A DNA stretch of 64,000 bases from Antedon mediterranea (GCF_964355755.1 NC_092672.1:25178437-25242436), one strand, 5' to 3'. Positions 1 through 11,369 are shown, counted from the first letter of the stretch. Numbers and translations are program-made. Notes: generated by a model from the sequence alone, not told the origin.

Positions 1-15
1 ACACACGCCGAGTAC

Positions 16-1503
16 GTGTCGGAAGCTAAACAGAGCACGAAGAAAGAGACTGAAAAGAAGATGCTCGACATGTTGACACAGGCCGAGAAACAGCACACGC
101 GGGAACGTGACGAGGAACGTGATCGACTCGAAAAACAACTGAAATCTGAAGTAACTAAACTAGGACAAAAACACGACGCAGAGATGAAACGTGTCGCGAA
201 AGAACACAGCACTGCTATACAGCGACAGTTGACGTCGGCAGCGAACGCGTCGAGCAATCACAAAACAGAATTGAAGTCGACAATACGTGATCTAGAAGAA
301 GCGCGAAAAGCTCGTGACTCGTTGTGTACGCAAAACGCTAAACTTCAAGAGAAGTTTACTGCCAAGGAAAAAAGTTTAGCTGAAACACATCGGTTATCCG
401 ACGACAAGAATACAGAAATATCCTCTCTTGCCGCTCAGGTAATTATTTTAAAAAATCACAGCTTGACTGCACAAAAGCGCATCGAAAGTCTCGAAAAGGA
501 ATTGGAACATTCGCAGCGAAAAGTATCCGAATCCTATCTGAAACTGTCTGAATTCATAAAGAATCAAAGCGACGGAGGCGGTGGAGGAGGAGGAGATGGT
601 GGATCTGATGTGTTACATGAAAGAATGAAAGATATCGAAGCGTCATTGGAGCAAGAAAAGCGCCAAAATCTATATAAAGATGGACAGATTGCACATTTGA
701 AGTCTGATGTTAAATTTTTAACTAGTAAAGTTGAAACTGCAAACAGCGAACGAGAACGACAGGTTGCAAACTTACAACGGAAACTTTTCAATAAAAAACG
801 TACGTCGCATTCGTTATATACGTTACATCATGATGAAGATGAAGAGGATAAAGTGGAGGAGGAAGAGATATACGATGAAGCTGAGTACAATCATGACTAT
901 TACGGTGATGAACATGATGATGATAATGAGCATAATGGTGGCAATGAGGATGATGATGAATACAAAATACAATTTGTTGTCGATTACAGTCCAAGTAATA
1001 CGTCCTATCATCAGTTATTCGGAACCGGAGAGTTTACTTTCAACGAAGTGATTAATCAAGCAAGACATTACATCAATTCCACCGATGATGAAGATGTATC
1101 AACAGTAGAAGCAGCAGCAAAATTGACCGACAGATGTGGCTCGACATATTTTGCGCCTATGGTCGTACGCAAAGGCAATGTAACCGAAGGCGATAGAACT
1201 GTAATGAAAGTGATTTCGTTCATGGGAAAAATACCGGGCGTGACATTGGTAAAACCGAGTCAAAGTAGCGTTCCCATTTGTTTTCTTGCGTCAGACAATT
1301 CGTGCAAGTATCGCCGTAGAGGTGATGCACGATACGTAATTTTTGGCAAGGATATGCGTATAGATTGGTCGGAGAAAGATTGGTATGTACAATTGGTCGG
1401 ACGTATTCTCGAAAACAATCTTAGACACAATCCAAAGGTAATCACTGCAGCACCATGTTTGACCCAACAGACGATCCAGTTACCAGCTCCGATAACTTTC
1501 TAA
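16..1503 (+). CDS. Coiled-coil protein with acidic tract (probably 5'-truncated by the window edge)
   Basis: 495-aa ORF with a GTG start at the window edge. The N-terminal ~260 aa are heptad-like and E/K/Q/L-rich, followed by a D/E tract and a globular C-terminus. No family recognised. Confidence 0.7.
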   Translation: MSEAKQSTKKETEKKMLDMLTQAEKQHTRERDEERDRLEKQLKSEVTKLGQKHDAEMKRVAKEHSTAIQRQLTSAANASSNHKTELKSTIRDLEEARKARDSLCTQNAKLQEKFTAKEKSLAETHRLSDDKNTEISSLAAQVIILKNHSLTAQKRIESLEKELEHSQRKVSESYLKLSEFIKNQSDGGGGGGGDGGSDVLHERMKDIEASLEQEKRQNLYKDGQIAHLKSDVKFLTSKVETANSERERQVANLQRKLFNKKRTSHSLYTLHHDEDEEDKVEEEEIYDEAEYNHDYYGDEHDDDNEHNGGNEDDDEYKIQFVVDYSPSNTSYHQLFGTGEFTFNEVINQARHYINSTDDEDVSTVEAAAKLTDRCGSTYFAPMVVRKGNVTEGDRTVMKVISFMGKIPGVTLVKPSQSSVPICFLASDNSCKYRRRGDARYVIFGKDMRIDWSEKDWYVQLVGRILENNLRHNPKVITAAPCLTQQTIQLPAPITF

Positions 1504-1613
1504 TCCTAATCAATCTTCTCTTGACCAATCTAATAGCGAATACTCGTCGACATGAGCAGAAGAAGGAGAAGAAGGAAGAGGAGAGACAACTGATTACCTC
1601 CATATTTTAGATT

Positions 1614-2209
1614 ATGTCGTTTGATTTATGGAAAAGTTTAGAGTCACGCGTTGAACGTAGATGGATAGAATGGTCTCATCATCATCATCATCATCATCAC
1701 GACGACGACGACGAGGAAGAAGAAGAAGAAGACAACGCTTACTTGAAAGAATTGTTGAAGGAATTCAAAGGAAATTTGGAGAGTATATGTACCAAAAAAG
1801 GCGATGAACAAGATGTTCTCTATTACGCACGATGCATTGCGCTCATCGAACGTCTCTTGTTCGACACAACCACGATAACGTCCGAGTGTTGTACAATGGC
1901 CGACATGGACAGTATATTGAAACGCAATGTTCTCTTTGCCTGGACCAATGTGCACTCTTTCAAAATTCTCGAAAGATTATCAACAATTTGGAGATTTGTG
2001 ACTGTAATGGGAACCGTACCGGCAATGCCGATCGGATGCTGTCCCATTGTCGGCTACAAATGTTTTTGGTGTAGAATTAAAGATGAAAACCTTACAGATG
2101 AGTGTCATCATCTTGTCACTACCGTATTCAGCGAAACAACAGAACAAACAGCAAAAAAAGAAGAGACATCACTCGTTGTATTTCCACTTCCAGCATCATC
2201 ATCACCGCC

Positions 2210-2256
<47 letters not shown>

Positions 2257-3098
2257 TATCAACATCAAATTATTACGATGAGTTTGGTTTTGCCAAACGC
2301 ATCGATAAACGAGTCAAGAATGCCGTTGAAAAACTTAGAATTGAAATCGAGAAAGAAATTCGATATGTAGAATCGTGCGTTAGCTATACGTTGTTGCCAA
2401 AAACAATTAGTCTCGAGTGTACGGCATCGATTGCAAAACTGTTGTGTTTTGCCGAACGCCGTCGGTGCATGGCGTCCAAGCAGTACGCGTGTTTCGAGCA
2501 TTGTAATCTTGATGTTTGGAGTAGAAACCTGCTCGAGTGTATGTTGGCGAATCCGGACAGACACGATGAACGCAGAGCGGCAACGTGTACATTTTTTCGT
2601 CTCGTTGTCGATCCAAGTACGGTGGTCGATCCGGCAATCATTGGACACGAAACGGCGTTCAGGAAATGGATGGAGGCGTGTGACGTGGACGTGGAAAGAG
2701 TCTGTGACTACGTGAATGGATTGAAAAAAATGACACCGACAACAGAAATAAATAAAAATGATCAAGTTACAAGCATGTACAAATGTTTATTAATTTGGCA
2801 CATGTTCTCGTCCATGCCCGTATCGGGAGGTGGTCCGTTAACGATCCATCGATGCGATCTTGACGGAATGCCAAGCGCAGACGGACTTTGTTTTCTTTAC
2901 GATGACAGACGTTTTCTTGTTAAACGCGCTGATCGTGTACTCAATTTCACCTATGAACGTGCTGTAGAGTCATGCGTGGCCTGGATACGGTACGGTACGC
3001 TATCGATGAATTCACCCACTGTGAGGCGTGTACTGTTCCATACTGGCTTCGATGACGATCGACATGATATCCCCAAACATGATGGCCAGACGCGATGA
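1614..3098 (+). CDS. Hypothetical viral protein (494 aa)
   Basis: Long ATG-initiated ORF with poly-H/D/E and poly-P/S microsatellite-derived tracts. No family recognised. Confidence 0.7.
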
Positions 3099-3413
3099 CA
3101 TTTGCGACACGATAATGTTCTGCACTCTGTAATCGATTCCCATCATTACCGTCATGCGAAGTAAAGTCTCTGTCATGAACATGAGTCTACCCCGGCCACC
3201 ACCGTAGTAACTCGAATAGTATCTGATGAGAGGATATTTCAGTCCACTGTAGAACGTTATGGCAAACAGAATTATATTGGACGTCAACAGTTGCTTGTAG
3301 CTTATCTTCTCCTTATCGTACGTATTCCCTTGCCAGTTGTATTTCGACGTAAGACTGTACAGAACAACGACGAATATCGTAAAAGTCACTATTAACGGCG
3401 CAAATGGTTTCAT
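3012..3413 (-). CDS. Small putative membrane protein
   Basis: 133-aa ATG ORF with two hydrophobic segments (LIVTFTIFVVVLY; NIILFAITFY). It fills the gap between neighbouring genes, divergent from the Snf7-like gene. Confidence 0.4.
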   Translation of the reverse strand: MKPFAPLIVTFTIFVVVLYSLTSKYNWQGNTYDKEKISYKQLLTSNIILFAITFYSGLKYPLIRYYSSYYGGGRGRLMFMTETLLRMTVMMGIDYRVQNIIVSQMSSRLAIMFGDIMSIVIEASMEQYTPHSG

Positions 3414-3450
3414 TGTGCGCTATGCTGCCTTATTGCATCAGCACGCAAAC

Positions 3451-4023
3451 ATGTTTGGTAAAAGAAAAAGAAGAGGCGAAGCCATTGAACAAAAACGAGT
3501 AGAATCTATGCGCAACATTGCCGCCATGCAACACACATTCGACGAAAAGACGATGCAAATGCAAGAAAGTATACAGTCAGGTTTGAAGAATGGAATTGAT
3601 GCGAAAATGCTGTCGTCGTTGATCAGACGAAAGTTGAATTATGAACGAATGTTGACCACGTCTCAGAACGCCATGTTAAAGTTGGAGAAAGATGCACTTT
3701 CGTCTAAATTACGAACGTTTGACAGGCTGCAATACGATCGACTCAAGGAGGAAGATTACTCTCTCAGAAAATCAGAGAAGAGCATGAATCCCAATAGGAT
3801 ATGTTCACTTTTAGGAAGCGTTAACAACAGACGACTTAGACACAATACTGCAATGGATTCAATTCGAGGATTGTTGGACGATGATGATGATGATGATAGC
3901 AGCGATGAGGACGAATTGAATGATGATGACAATACATTGGCACGTGAGCTCGTCGACCGAGAGATTTGTAATAAACTTGTCAACTTGCCCGAACCACCTA
4001 ATCGCTCAAAAGTACCTTCTTGA
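3451..4023 (+). CDS. Snf7/CHMP4-like ESCRT-III subunit homologue
   Basis: Read from the ATG at 3451 (MFGKRKRR): basic helical N-half with LIRRKLNYERML (cf. CHMP4 ALKRKKRYEKQL), acidic C-half with DEDEL, and a terminal LPEPP resembling the MIM2 LPxVP. Length ~190 aa. Confidence 0.65.
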   Translation: MFGKRKRRGEAIEQKRVESMRNIAAMQHTFDEKTMQMQESIQSGLKNGIDAKMLSSLIRRKLNYERMLTTSQNAMLKLEKDALSSKLRTFDRLQYDRLKEEDYSLRKSEKSMNPNRICSLLGSVNNRRLRHNTAMDSIRGLLDDDDDDDSSDEDELNDDDNTLARELVDREICNKLVNLPEPPNRSKVPS

Positions 4024-4044
4024 TAATAATAAAAAAAAAAAAAT

Positions 4045-5151
4045 CTAAAGAACAAATTTGTCTTCTTCTTCTTCTTCTTCTTCTTCTTCTTCTTGTATAC
4101 GTTTACACGTTACGCACATTGTTCGAGAAGTTATCTCACTGCAAGTAGGGCACGAACGCATCATTGCCAAATCGGGCTGTTTAACTGTCAATCGTACACC
4201 GGCACCGTCCAACGACAGAGAAGCCAATCTTCTCGAATGACAGTTGTAACAGGTGGGTAAGAGAGAATTCTCGTCGATATACATCCCTTTTGTCGGTGGC
4301 CTGTTCTTCAGATCTACGTAAGTTAAAATTATATAACAGTAGCGACAAAAAACAATCGATTCTGATCCAAATGCCGCTGGATTGTGATCGTAAAAGAATT
4401 CTATCTGAGAGCATCGTTTCTGAACAAACATTATGCTCTTCATCTCGGATAGTTCATCTTTGCTTAATAACGACAGCGCTTGAGTTATGAGCGAAACAGA
4501 GTATTTCTCATTGCGCGTTTTGTTTAAAAGTAGAACGCATTCTACCAGTGCATTTGATCGATTCGGTATGGCAAACATTAGATTGAACGGCCAACTGGAC
4601 TTTGTAAACTCCAAAATTGTTTTCATCATCGGATGCAACGGTTTTCTTTTCACATGATTCAATTGGAACAGAATGCATTTGAGAATGGCTGAATCGTGTA
4701 TTCTGTCGGTTAAGGGCACCACAAATGATGACCGTTTTCGCGTCTGGTGGTGGTGGTGGTGGTGGTGGTGGTTGTTGCGTCGGCGACGACGATCAGCTTG
4801 CATCCATTGCATTAACTCATCAAAATTTGTTATGTAGGCAGCAATGTGTCTGTGATACGGCCGAGCGAGTGTATCGAGAAAATAGTAGACGAACGCCGTT
4901 TTGGGCGTCATGCTATCATCATCATCATCACCACCACCACCACCGATAGATACGGCCGCATCGAAATGACGTCGCTGTTGCTCGTTGCATCGTTCCAGTT
5001 TATTTTTGTACGATGTTTTCGATGCTGTGCCAATGCACGCGCCTATCAAATTGACAAGTTTCACGTGATGGCTGGTGGTGGTGATGGACGTGTTTTTGAA
5101 AATGTACGTTAAACCGGCAAGGAACGTTGGATAGGCCTCGGAGCGACTCAT
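4045..5151 (-). CDS. Cys-rich zinc-binding viral protein nested in the terminase intron
   Basis: 368-aa ORF with four C-terminal CxxC pairs (CRYC, CYNC, CPTC, CVTC). The ATG lies just downstream of the terminase exon-1 donor. Confidence 0.6.
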   Translation of the reverse strand: MSRSEAYPTFLAGLTYIFKNTSITTTSHHVKLVNLIGACIGTASKTSYKNKLERCNEQQRRHFDAAVSIGGGGGDDDDDSMTPKTAFVYYFLDTLARPYHRHIAAYITNFDELMQWMQADRRRRRNNHHHHHHHHQTRKRSSFVVPLTDRIHDSAILKCILFQLNHVKRKPLHPMMKTILEFTKSSWPFNLMFAIPNRSNALVECVLLLNKTRNEKYSVSLITQALSLLSKDELSEMKSIMFVQKRCSQIEFFYDHNPAAFGSESIVFCRYCYIILTYVDLKNRPPTKGMYIDENSLLPTCYNCHSRRLASLSLDGAGVRLTVKQPDLAMMRSCPTCSEITSRTMCVTCKRIQEEEEEEEEEEDKFVL

Positions 5152-5183
5152 GATGCAAAAAAAATAAAAACAACAATACTCAC

Positions 5184-5879
5184 GTTTGCCGTGTTTGCTT
5201 TGCTTCTAAAGTTTGCCGTCGTGCCCGTAGACTGCAACACTTGTACTCCATCCGGAACACCTTTGAACGTGAACGCGTATCGTCGTTGAGCCATCTCCAA
5301 TAGACGAATGACGTCTTCTCGATTGGTACGCGCGCAGTTCAAATCCTGAGCCCAGTTAACGACGGATATACTATTTTCGTGTACAAGAAGAGATGCCACC
5401 ACAAGTTGACCGGCGCGATTCTTGCCGCTACGTCGAGGCACTCTGACAACCGTAAACTTTCTATTGAATTCGTCTATCTTTCTAGCGGCAGAATGTCGTA
5501 CGGCCGGATGCCATCGAGCCGGTTCGGTCATCGACTGTGCCTCCTCGTCGGACAGTACGCCGAGTATGCAAAGTGATGGAATTCTCAGCTTCGACGCTCG
5601 ATCTCCAAACACTTTGTTGAATCGTCCAGCTATGACAGCGTTACACATTTCCTTCTGAAACGGCTCTAATCGTATGTTACTTTGGCGACACAGAAACTCT
5701 AGAGTTGACTTGACGTTGCTTACGAACGTTAGACATTTTTTGTCCATGTCCGCCGTTGCTGCATTATTGTCGGCAACGCATTCACTCAACGGTTTCAGGA
5801 CGCATAATCCAAACGAATGGCGCTTTCGTTCTTCTATTCTATTGCATATGGTACGCATTTGTCGCTGGTGGGAAATCAT
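5184..5879 (-). CDS. DNA packaging terminase ATPase subunit, exon 1 (herpesvirus UL15-like)
   Basis: LEPFQK (cf. UL15 LELFQK) and Walker A FTVVRVPRRSGKN (cf. VFLVPRRHGKT). The frame reaches KANTAN then a GTGAGT donor at 5183-5178, equivalent to the UL15 HNTN|xIRGQ exon boundary. No Walker B/nuclease exon was found in the window. Confidence 0.85.
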
Positions 5880-5979
5880 CTTCTCTTCCTCTTTTTTTTT
5901 TCCACGTGGATCACGTCAATGCACGAAAAGAAAAAAGTTATTAACGTTTAAACGACATGTCTTTAACAATTAACAAACG

Positions 5980-7285
5980 ATGATGATGATGTTGTTGTTT
6001 ATGTTTCTATTTTTTTTAAATTGCGATGGCAAGGTGATACGTCACGGAAAGCCATACGGTCAACTTGCGAACGGTAACAGAACGCTGATATGTTCAAGCG
6101 AGAGTATGTTTAACATAGAACGAAACGGAGAGTTTGCGTGTCCAAACTCGGAGGGAGAATACGAGGTGCTGGACATGATAACAACCGACAGACAAAGTAA
6201 CGTTACCGTTTTATTTGACGATGAGTCGACGTTCAACGTGGACCTTAACACTAGACTGGAATTTGATTTGTCTGCAAACAAAAGCAAGGTCGACTATCGA
6301 CAGCAGATGTCTGCGTCGTTTTACATTAAATTGAACGAATCGAGAGATGGGCAAATTCTGTACAGCAACAGTGACAAAGATTACATGTTTATACGAATTT
6401 TGGACAGTCGACTGGCTGCCACATTTGATCTTGGCTCGAAACCGTTGACGGTGGTGAGTCGAGAGAACGTTTTAGTTGGAAAATGGTATCATTTCACCGT
6501 TAAACGAGTTGGATCGTGGGCCAGAATCGTAACAAACGGTCTGTTCGGACCTTGGTCGAGTGTACACGGAAACTACACTCGCCTCGACACAAACAATCTG
6601 TACGGCATAGGTGCGTCCGATACGTTCCCATCGGTGAGCGCGTGTCTCGCTTTGTTCCAGTTCAACGGTAAACGCCTCTTACCGCAGAATCTGAAGACGT
6701 GCAAAGTAACTGAGCATCAGCAGCAGCAACGAGAACGTGGCGCTACTGCAACGCAATCTGTTAGCAGGGCAAATTTACTAAAGGGTGAACGTGCATTTCA
6801 CTTATCTCACGCCGTTTCTACTACTTTTCAATGGCCTAGTGACGTCGACTATCAGGACAGAGTGTTCTTATCGTTTTACATAAAACTAAACAAAGACGCC
6901 GATGGACAGATTCTGTACAGCAGTGGCAACGAGGATTATATGTTTTTGGGTATCGTCGACGGTCGATTGAACGCTACATTTAACATGGGTTCTGGATCGC
7001 TGACAGTTGTCAGCGATCATGTGCTCGTTGTCGAAAATTGGTATCATTTCGACGTTTCCAGAATCGGTAATCAGGCTAGAATTGATTCGGATTTCAACGT
7101 CGGTGGCTGGACAAAGCTGAACGATACGATGGGCGGTACCAGCCTCGATTTGAACGGTACATTTCATTTGGGCAGTACCAATAGAACACAGTCGATAACC
7201 GGTTGCATAGCATCCTTTCAGTTTAACGGATGGTTACTGCAACCCAACACGGTTACAGACTGCACATTCAACGAAAATGATGATG

Positions 7286-7316
<31 letters not shown>

Positions 7317-9180
7317 AAACGCACGGGCAACGACAGCAGATCATACGGTTTCATTGATCGGCGATTGGAAGATGAAGTTGACGAACGATTCTTGTTATGC
7401 ATTCGATATCGATCCGTACGACCTGTACACGTTCAATGAAACGGTGAACGTAAAATTCTTGTTGAAACTCACGAAAAAAGAAGACGGACAAATCATGTAT
7501 TCCAACGTGGTGAACAACGCCGAAGCGTTCGGACCGTCCGTCTTGATAGAAGACGGCCATTTAGTCGTAGAGTTGCGTAGCCGCGGCTCTTCGGCAACAG
7601 CAAAGTCGAAAACGGCTCGACTTAGCAGCATCGAAAAACTTGCGATACGAGAATGGTACCAGGTGTTGATAAAACGGAAAGGAAATCAAGTGTACTTGTC
7701 GTTGAATACGGCCTTTGACGAATGGGCACAAGTGACGAAAAGGTTTACGCCCAACGATGTGGTGACAACGCTTAAGGTGGGCGCAAGTGATACTTTAAAG
7801 TCGATTGTAGGTACAGTGACAATGTTGAAAGTAAACAATCTTCAATTACAACCGAGTATAGCCGAAACGTGTACACACGATGATGATGTCGTCGACGAGG
7901 ATACGTTCATGACGACACCGTCTGCACCGCCACTCGAGTCTGCATTCAGAATTGACTTGAAAAAGAAATCTTGTCGTTCCTTCACCGTTCCCACTTTGAA
8001 TCGTATAGAAAACACAATGGTCATCGAATTCTACATTAAACTGGATACGGTGGACGAAAAACGACAAATACTACTGTATGAATACAGTGCCGACGTACGA
8101 ATGTCAATTGTTGTCGTACCGGGAGGACGATTGAAGTTCAGTTTTGTGTCTTTGTCGCGTATGACTGTCATCAAAAACATCGGACGAATGACGCAGGGTA
8201 CTTGGTATCAATACACTCTCGAATTGGTCATGGGGTTTGTACGCTTGTCTTCAAACTCGAAGGTGGTTAGTCGATGGCAACGGCTACCGTCTGAATTTAA
8301 GTCCCCTTACCGACAGGATGGTGTGTTTATAATTGGCGCAAACAATCGTTTACCGTCGATCGATGGAACTATCGCCGATTTCACCATCAACGGATGGACG
8401 ATGGATTCTTTGAATCTTCGCACTGATTGCAACGACGGCCCGGCCGTCGTTGACAAAATTGAGCCAGAGAATATGATTTTACGCGACGTAGACACCAGGA
8501 TAGACTATCAATTATGGTACGAACCGTCGTCATCGAAAAGTTTCTTTTTGAATCAAACAGACTGCGTCAAGCTTACAACACCGCCGTTGATGATCGATAA
8601 AGCGTCAGTCTCTTTTTACTTTATATCGCTAAGAAATTCCGGCAACATTTTAAGCTATCAGAGTGATACGACAAATTTTAACGCGCGACTCGTTGACAAT
8701 TATCTACACGTTATATTCAAATCACCTTCCGGCCTTCGTGTTCAGATTATAAGCACGCAACAGTACATCACGAATACATGGGCGTATGTTGAAGTTTACA
8801 GAAATAGACTGTACGTTCGATGTAAGTTCTCCGGTTACATACAAGAAGAAAAGTTACCCACCGACGAGTTCAACACCGTTTCAACTACAAAGAATGCGAC
8901 TACAGTGATTGTTGGAAAGGTAGACGAAGAAAGTAATTCTATAACCGGTGTCATAGCCGCTCTGTACATAAACAAGGCATTATACAAAGTGCAGGATGCT
9001 TATTCGTGCATCATCGACATACCTACCACCACCACCACTACAGCAGCAGCAGCAGCAACGAATACCTCTATACACTCGTCTGACCAACTGCGTGGTGCGT
9101 CATCCACCTCCTCCTCCGGTTATAACATTTCATCGAAAATATTATGTTTATCTCTGTTGTTGTTGTTCATATTTCAATAA
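5980..9180 (+). CDS. Secreted or GPI-anchored protein with about five laminin G-like domains
   Basis: N-terminal signal peptide; repeated SFYIKL...DGQILYS...DYMF...G.L..TF.LGS...WYHF.V.R units; Thr/Ser linker; hydrophobic extreme C-terminus with no cytoplasmic tail. Confidence 0.85.
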
Positions 9181-9290
9181 TAAATATTATGTACAATATA
9201 ATATCTCTCATCGTCGTCGTCGTCGTCGTCATTACTTGCAATGATAACATAGAAACACCAATTTTTTAAACTTTTTTTTTTATTACTATA

Positions 9291-9976
9291 CTACCAACAT
9301 CGTGATCCGCCATAGGCAATAATGGCGATAGTTATATACATATCGTTCAACAAATCTCCAATTGAGCCTATCAAATTTACGTTATTTTCTGATATGAAAT
9401 CTAGATGTTCCAACTCGATAAAGAGCTCAAACGAATTGTTTATCCGTTTTATGTGTTTTCTTGGCATGTAGCTTTTCAGAAGATTCTTCAATTCATTCAC
9501 TTGCTCTTTATCAATATTTGAAGCAATATCAACAAGCATACGTCTAGATGAAAATAGATAAAATAATAATAATAAGATTCTGCTGACCATATTAAAAAAA
9601 CAAAAAAAAAAACAAAAGAAAAAAAAACCAAATATCAATATTAAACTTACCTATACCGTGAGATGATAGGCATCGCTTTTTTCTGCAAGTATCGTTCTAC
9701 TCTACACGCCATTTCAATCTCGCCTATATTACCCAGCAGTTCTTCGAGTAAGTTTAAGTTCATTTTTGATACTTTCTTCATGCCTTCAAGACGAGAAACT
9801 AATTCAATGAATGAAGAGATTTCATCAAATTCTTCATAGCGAAGACCGATCGTTTTATCGAGACATAAGTATTTGAGTTTACAGACATCAGTTTTTGTCA
9901 GTGCACTGTCTAGTTCGACAATCAATTTGCTATAGGTTGCGTCAGTAAATGTCTTGCTATCGTTACCTGCACCCAT
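9291..9976 (-). CDS. Tandem death-effector-domain protein (vFLIP-like), 2 exons: 9976-9651 and 9543-9291
   Basis: DED1 (YSKLIVELDSALTKTDVCKLKYLC...NLNLLEELL) and DED2 (YRRMLVDIASNIDKEQVNELKNLL...FELFIELEHLDFISENNVNL). The GTAAGT donor (9650) and TCTAG acceptor (9544) join in frame to give 192 aa with no caspase domain. Confidence 0.85.
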
Positions 9977-10444
9977 GGTGAACAAATATAAACTGACTGA
10001 TTTTCTCTCTCTCTCTTAAGTAGTCGAAAGTGGCCATAGCAGCTGCAGTTGTCATTGTTTTCGTTTGTATACTGTTTGTGATGACGAAAGTTATGACAAA
10101 ACGGTTGTATTCGATGTATTCGTTCTGAAAAGAACTGTTGAGTTTCTCGACGTTTCGATCAATATGCTTTGATCGTCTTCAGGAGTGAGAATGCAGAAAG
10201 TCGAGGAAACTTGGAATATAAGTGGAAAGGGTGGGACTGGTGTGAAAGCCAGAAACAATGGCAAGTTCACACAATGGGAGGGATTGAAACTGGCTGTTTC
10301 TCATGAACAATAGTGAAGTGTTTCTGATAGGTGTGAAAAGCAAGATGAGACAAGCTAAAAACAATAGCATTGTCTCAAAGTTGGGTGTAGACTGGCCAAA
10401 ACATAGACCATGTGACAAAGTTCGTCTAAACCCGGTCACTGCTG

Positions 10445-10830
10445 ATATTATATGATAATTGTTTTATTCCTTTCCAATTTTTTCGAGAAAAGATGTATCC
10501 CATTTTCTCCATCACACTAAACAGCTCAATTGAATTCTCAAAAAAATTCTGCTGTTGGTAATTCGGCTTTTAGAAACCGCTTTAAAATATTCATGTCACT
10601 CTCTCCCATTTCAGATGCAATATGAATTGTCATACGTCTGTGGGGTAAACGAGAAAGATTTTTTTTTTTGTAAGGTGAGACGTAATCTGTTGTTGTTGCA
10701 TACTGTTTTATTTTAGCAGCCATACACCCATGTCCTATCAACTCAAATAGTTCTATAAGCAATCCTAGCTTCTTTTTTTTTGTTACAACAAATCTCGTTT
10801 CTAAAGTCTGTAAAATATATCGTTTGCCTT
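10445..10830 (-). pseudogene. Decayed second vFLIP-like (DED-DED) paralogue
   Basis: Residual DED1 end (LGLLIELFELIGH) and DED2 (RRMTIHIASEMGESDMNILKRFL, then ENSIELFSVMEKMGYI after a frameshift). It keeps a CAG|ACGTATG acceptor matching the intact copy, but the donor is lost. Boundaries approximate. Confidence 0.65.
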
Positions 10831-10984
10831 TTTCATATTCTCCAATTCTCCACGATGTAGACCGATATCTGGACATACAAGAATCATTGCTGAACTTGAG
10901 CGGATGCAAACAGAGAAACGAAAAAAAAAAAAAAAAAGAAATCAATGCTGCTGTTCTTAGTTTGGCAACAGATTTGGGAAAGAC

Positions 10985-11266
10985 ATGCGAATTGAATTGA
11001 CTAAACACAATAACAGACTTGATAAAATAATTGGTCAATATCAAGAGACGTATGCGTCACTTGAACAATCTTATAATCTTCTAATACTCCCGATATTCCT
11101 GAATTAGTTTTTGATGATTATGCAGCTGTAGAAGACGGTAAGTAATTTGGATGAATTATTACAATGTCCTCGTTGTCTGAAAGAGTTTAATTTCATAGAA
11201 CATGTTCAGTTAGTTGATCACTTAGATACATGTGATGTTGATGAATACAATAATCCTATCTTATAA
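10985..11266 (+). pseudogene. Relic of a coiled-coil plus CCHC zinc finger gene (NEMO/TNIP2-like)
   Basis: LLQCPRCLKEFNFIEHVQLVDHLDTC (CPxC...HxxxC) ends at the TAA at 11264-11266. It is preceded by a frameshifted helical segment MRIELTKHNNRLDKIIGQYQETYASLEQSYNLL. Confidence 0.45.
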
Positions 11267-11369
11267 AATCTGTGCTGTTTTTGTTTTTTTGTTTTTTGTT
11301 TCTTGCTAACAATCATTAATCAATAATAAAAGAAATTAACAGAATCTATACGATCTAATCGATAACAAT

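Noticed and set aside
564-2765. Antisense and alternate-frame ORFs rich in His/Ile/Met
   Set aside because: These are shadows of trinucleotide repeats inside longer ORFs.
10179-10439. 86-aa ORF between the two vFLIP genes
   Set aside because: GTG start, no recognisable motif and no supporting splice signals.
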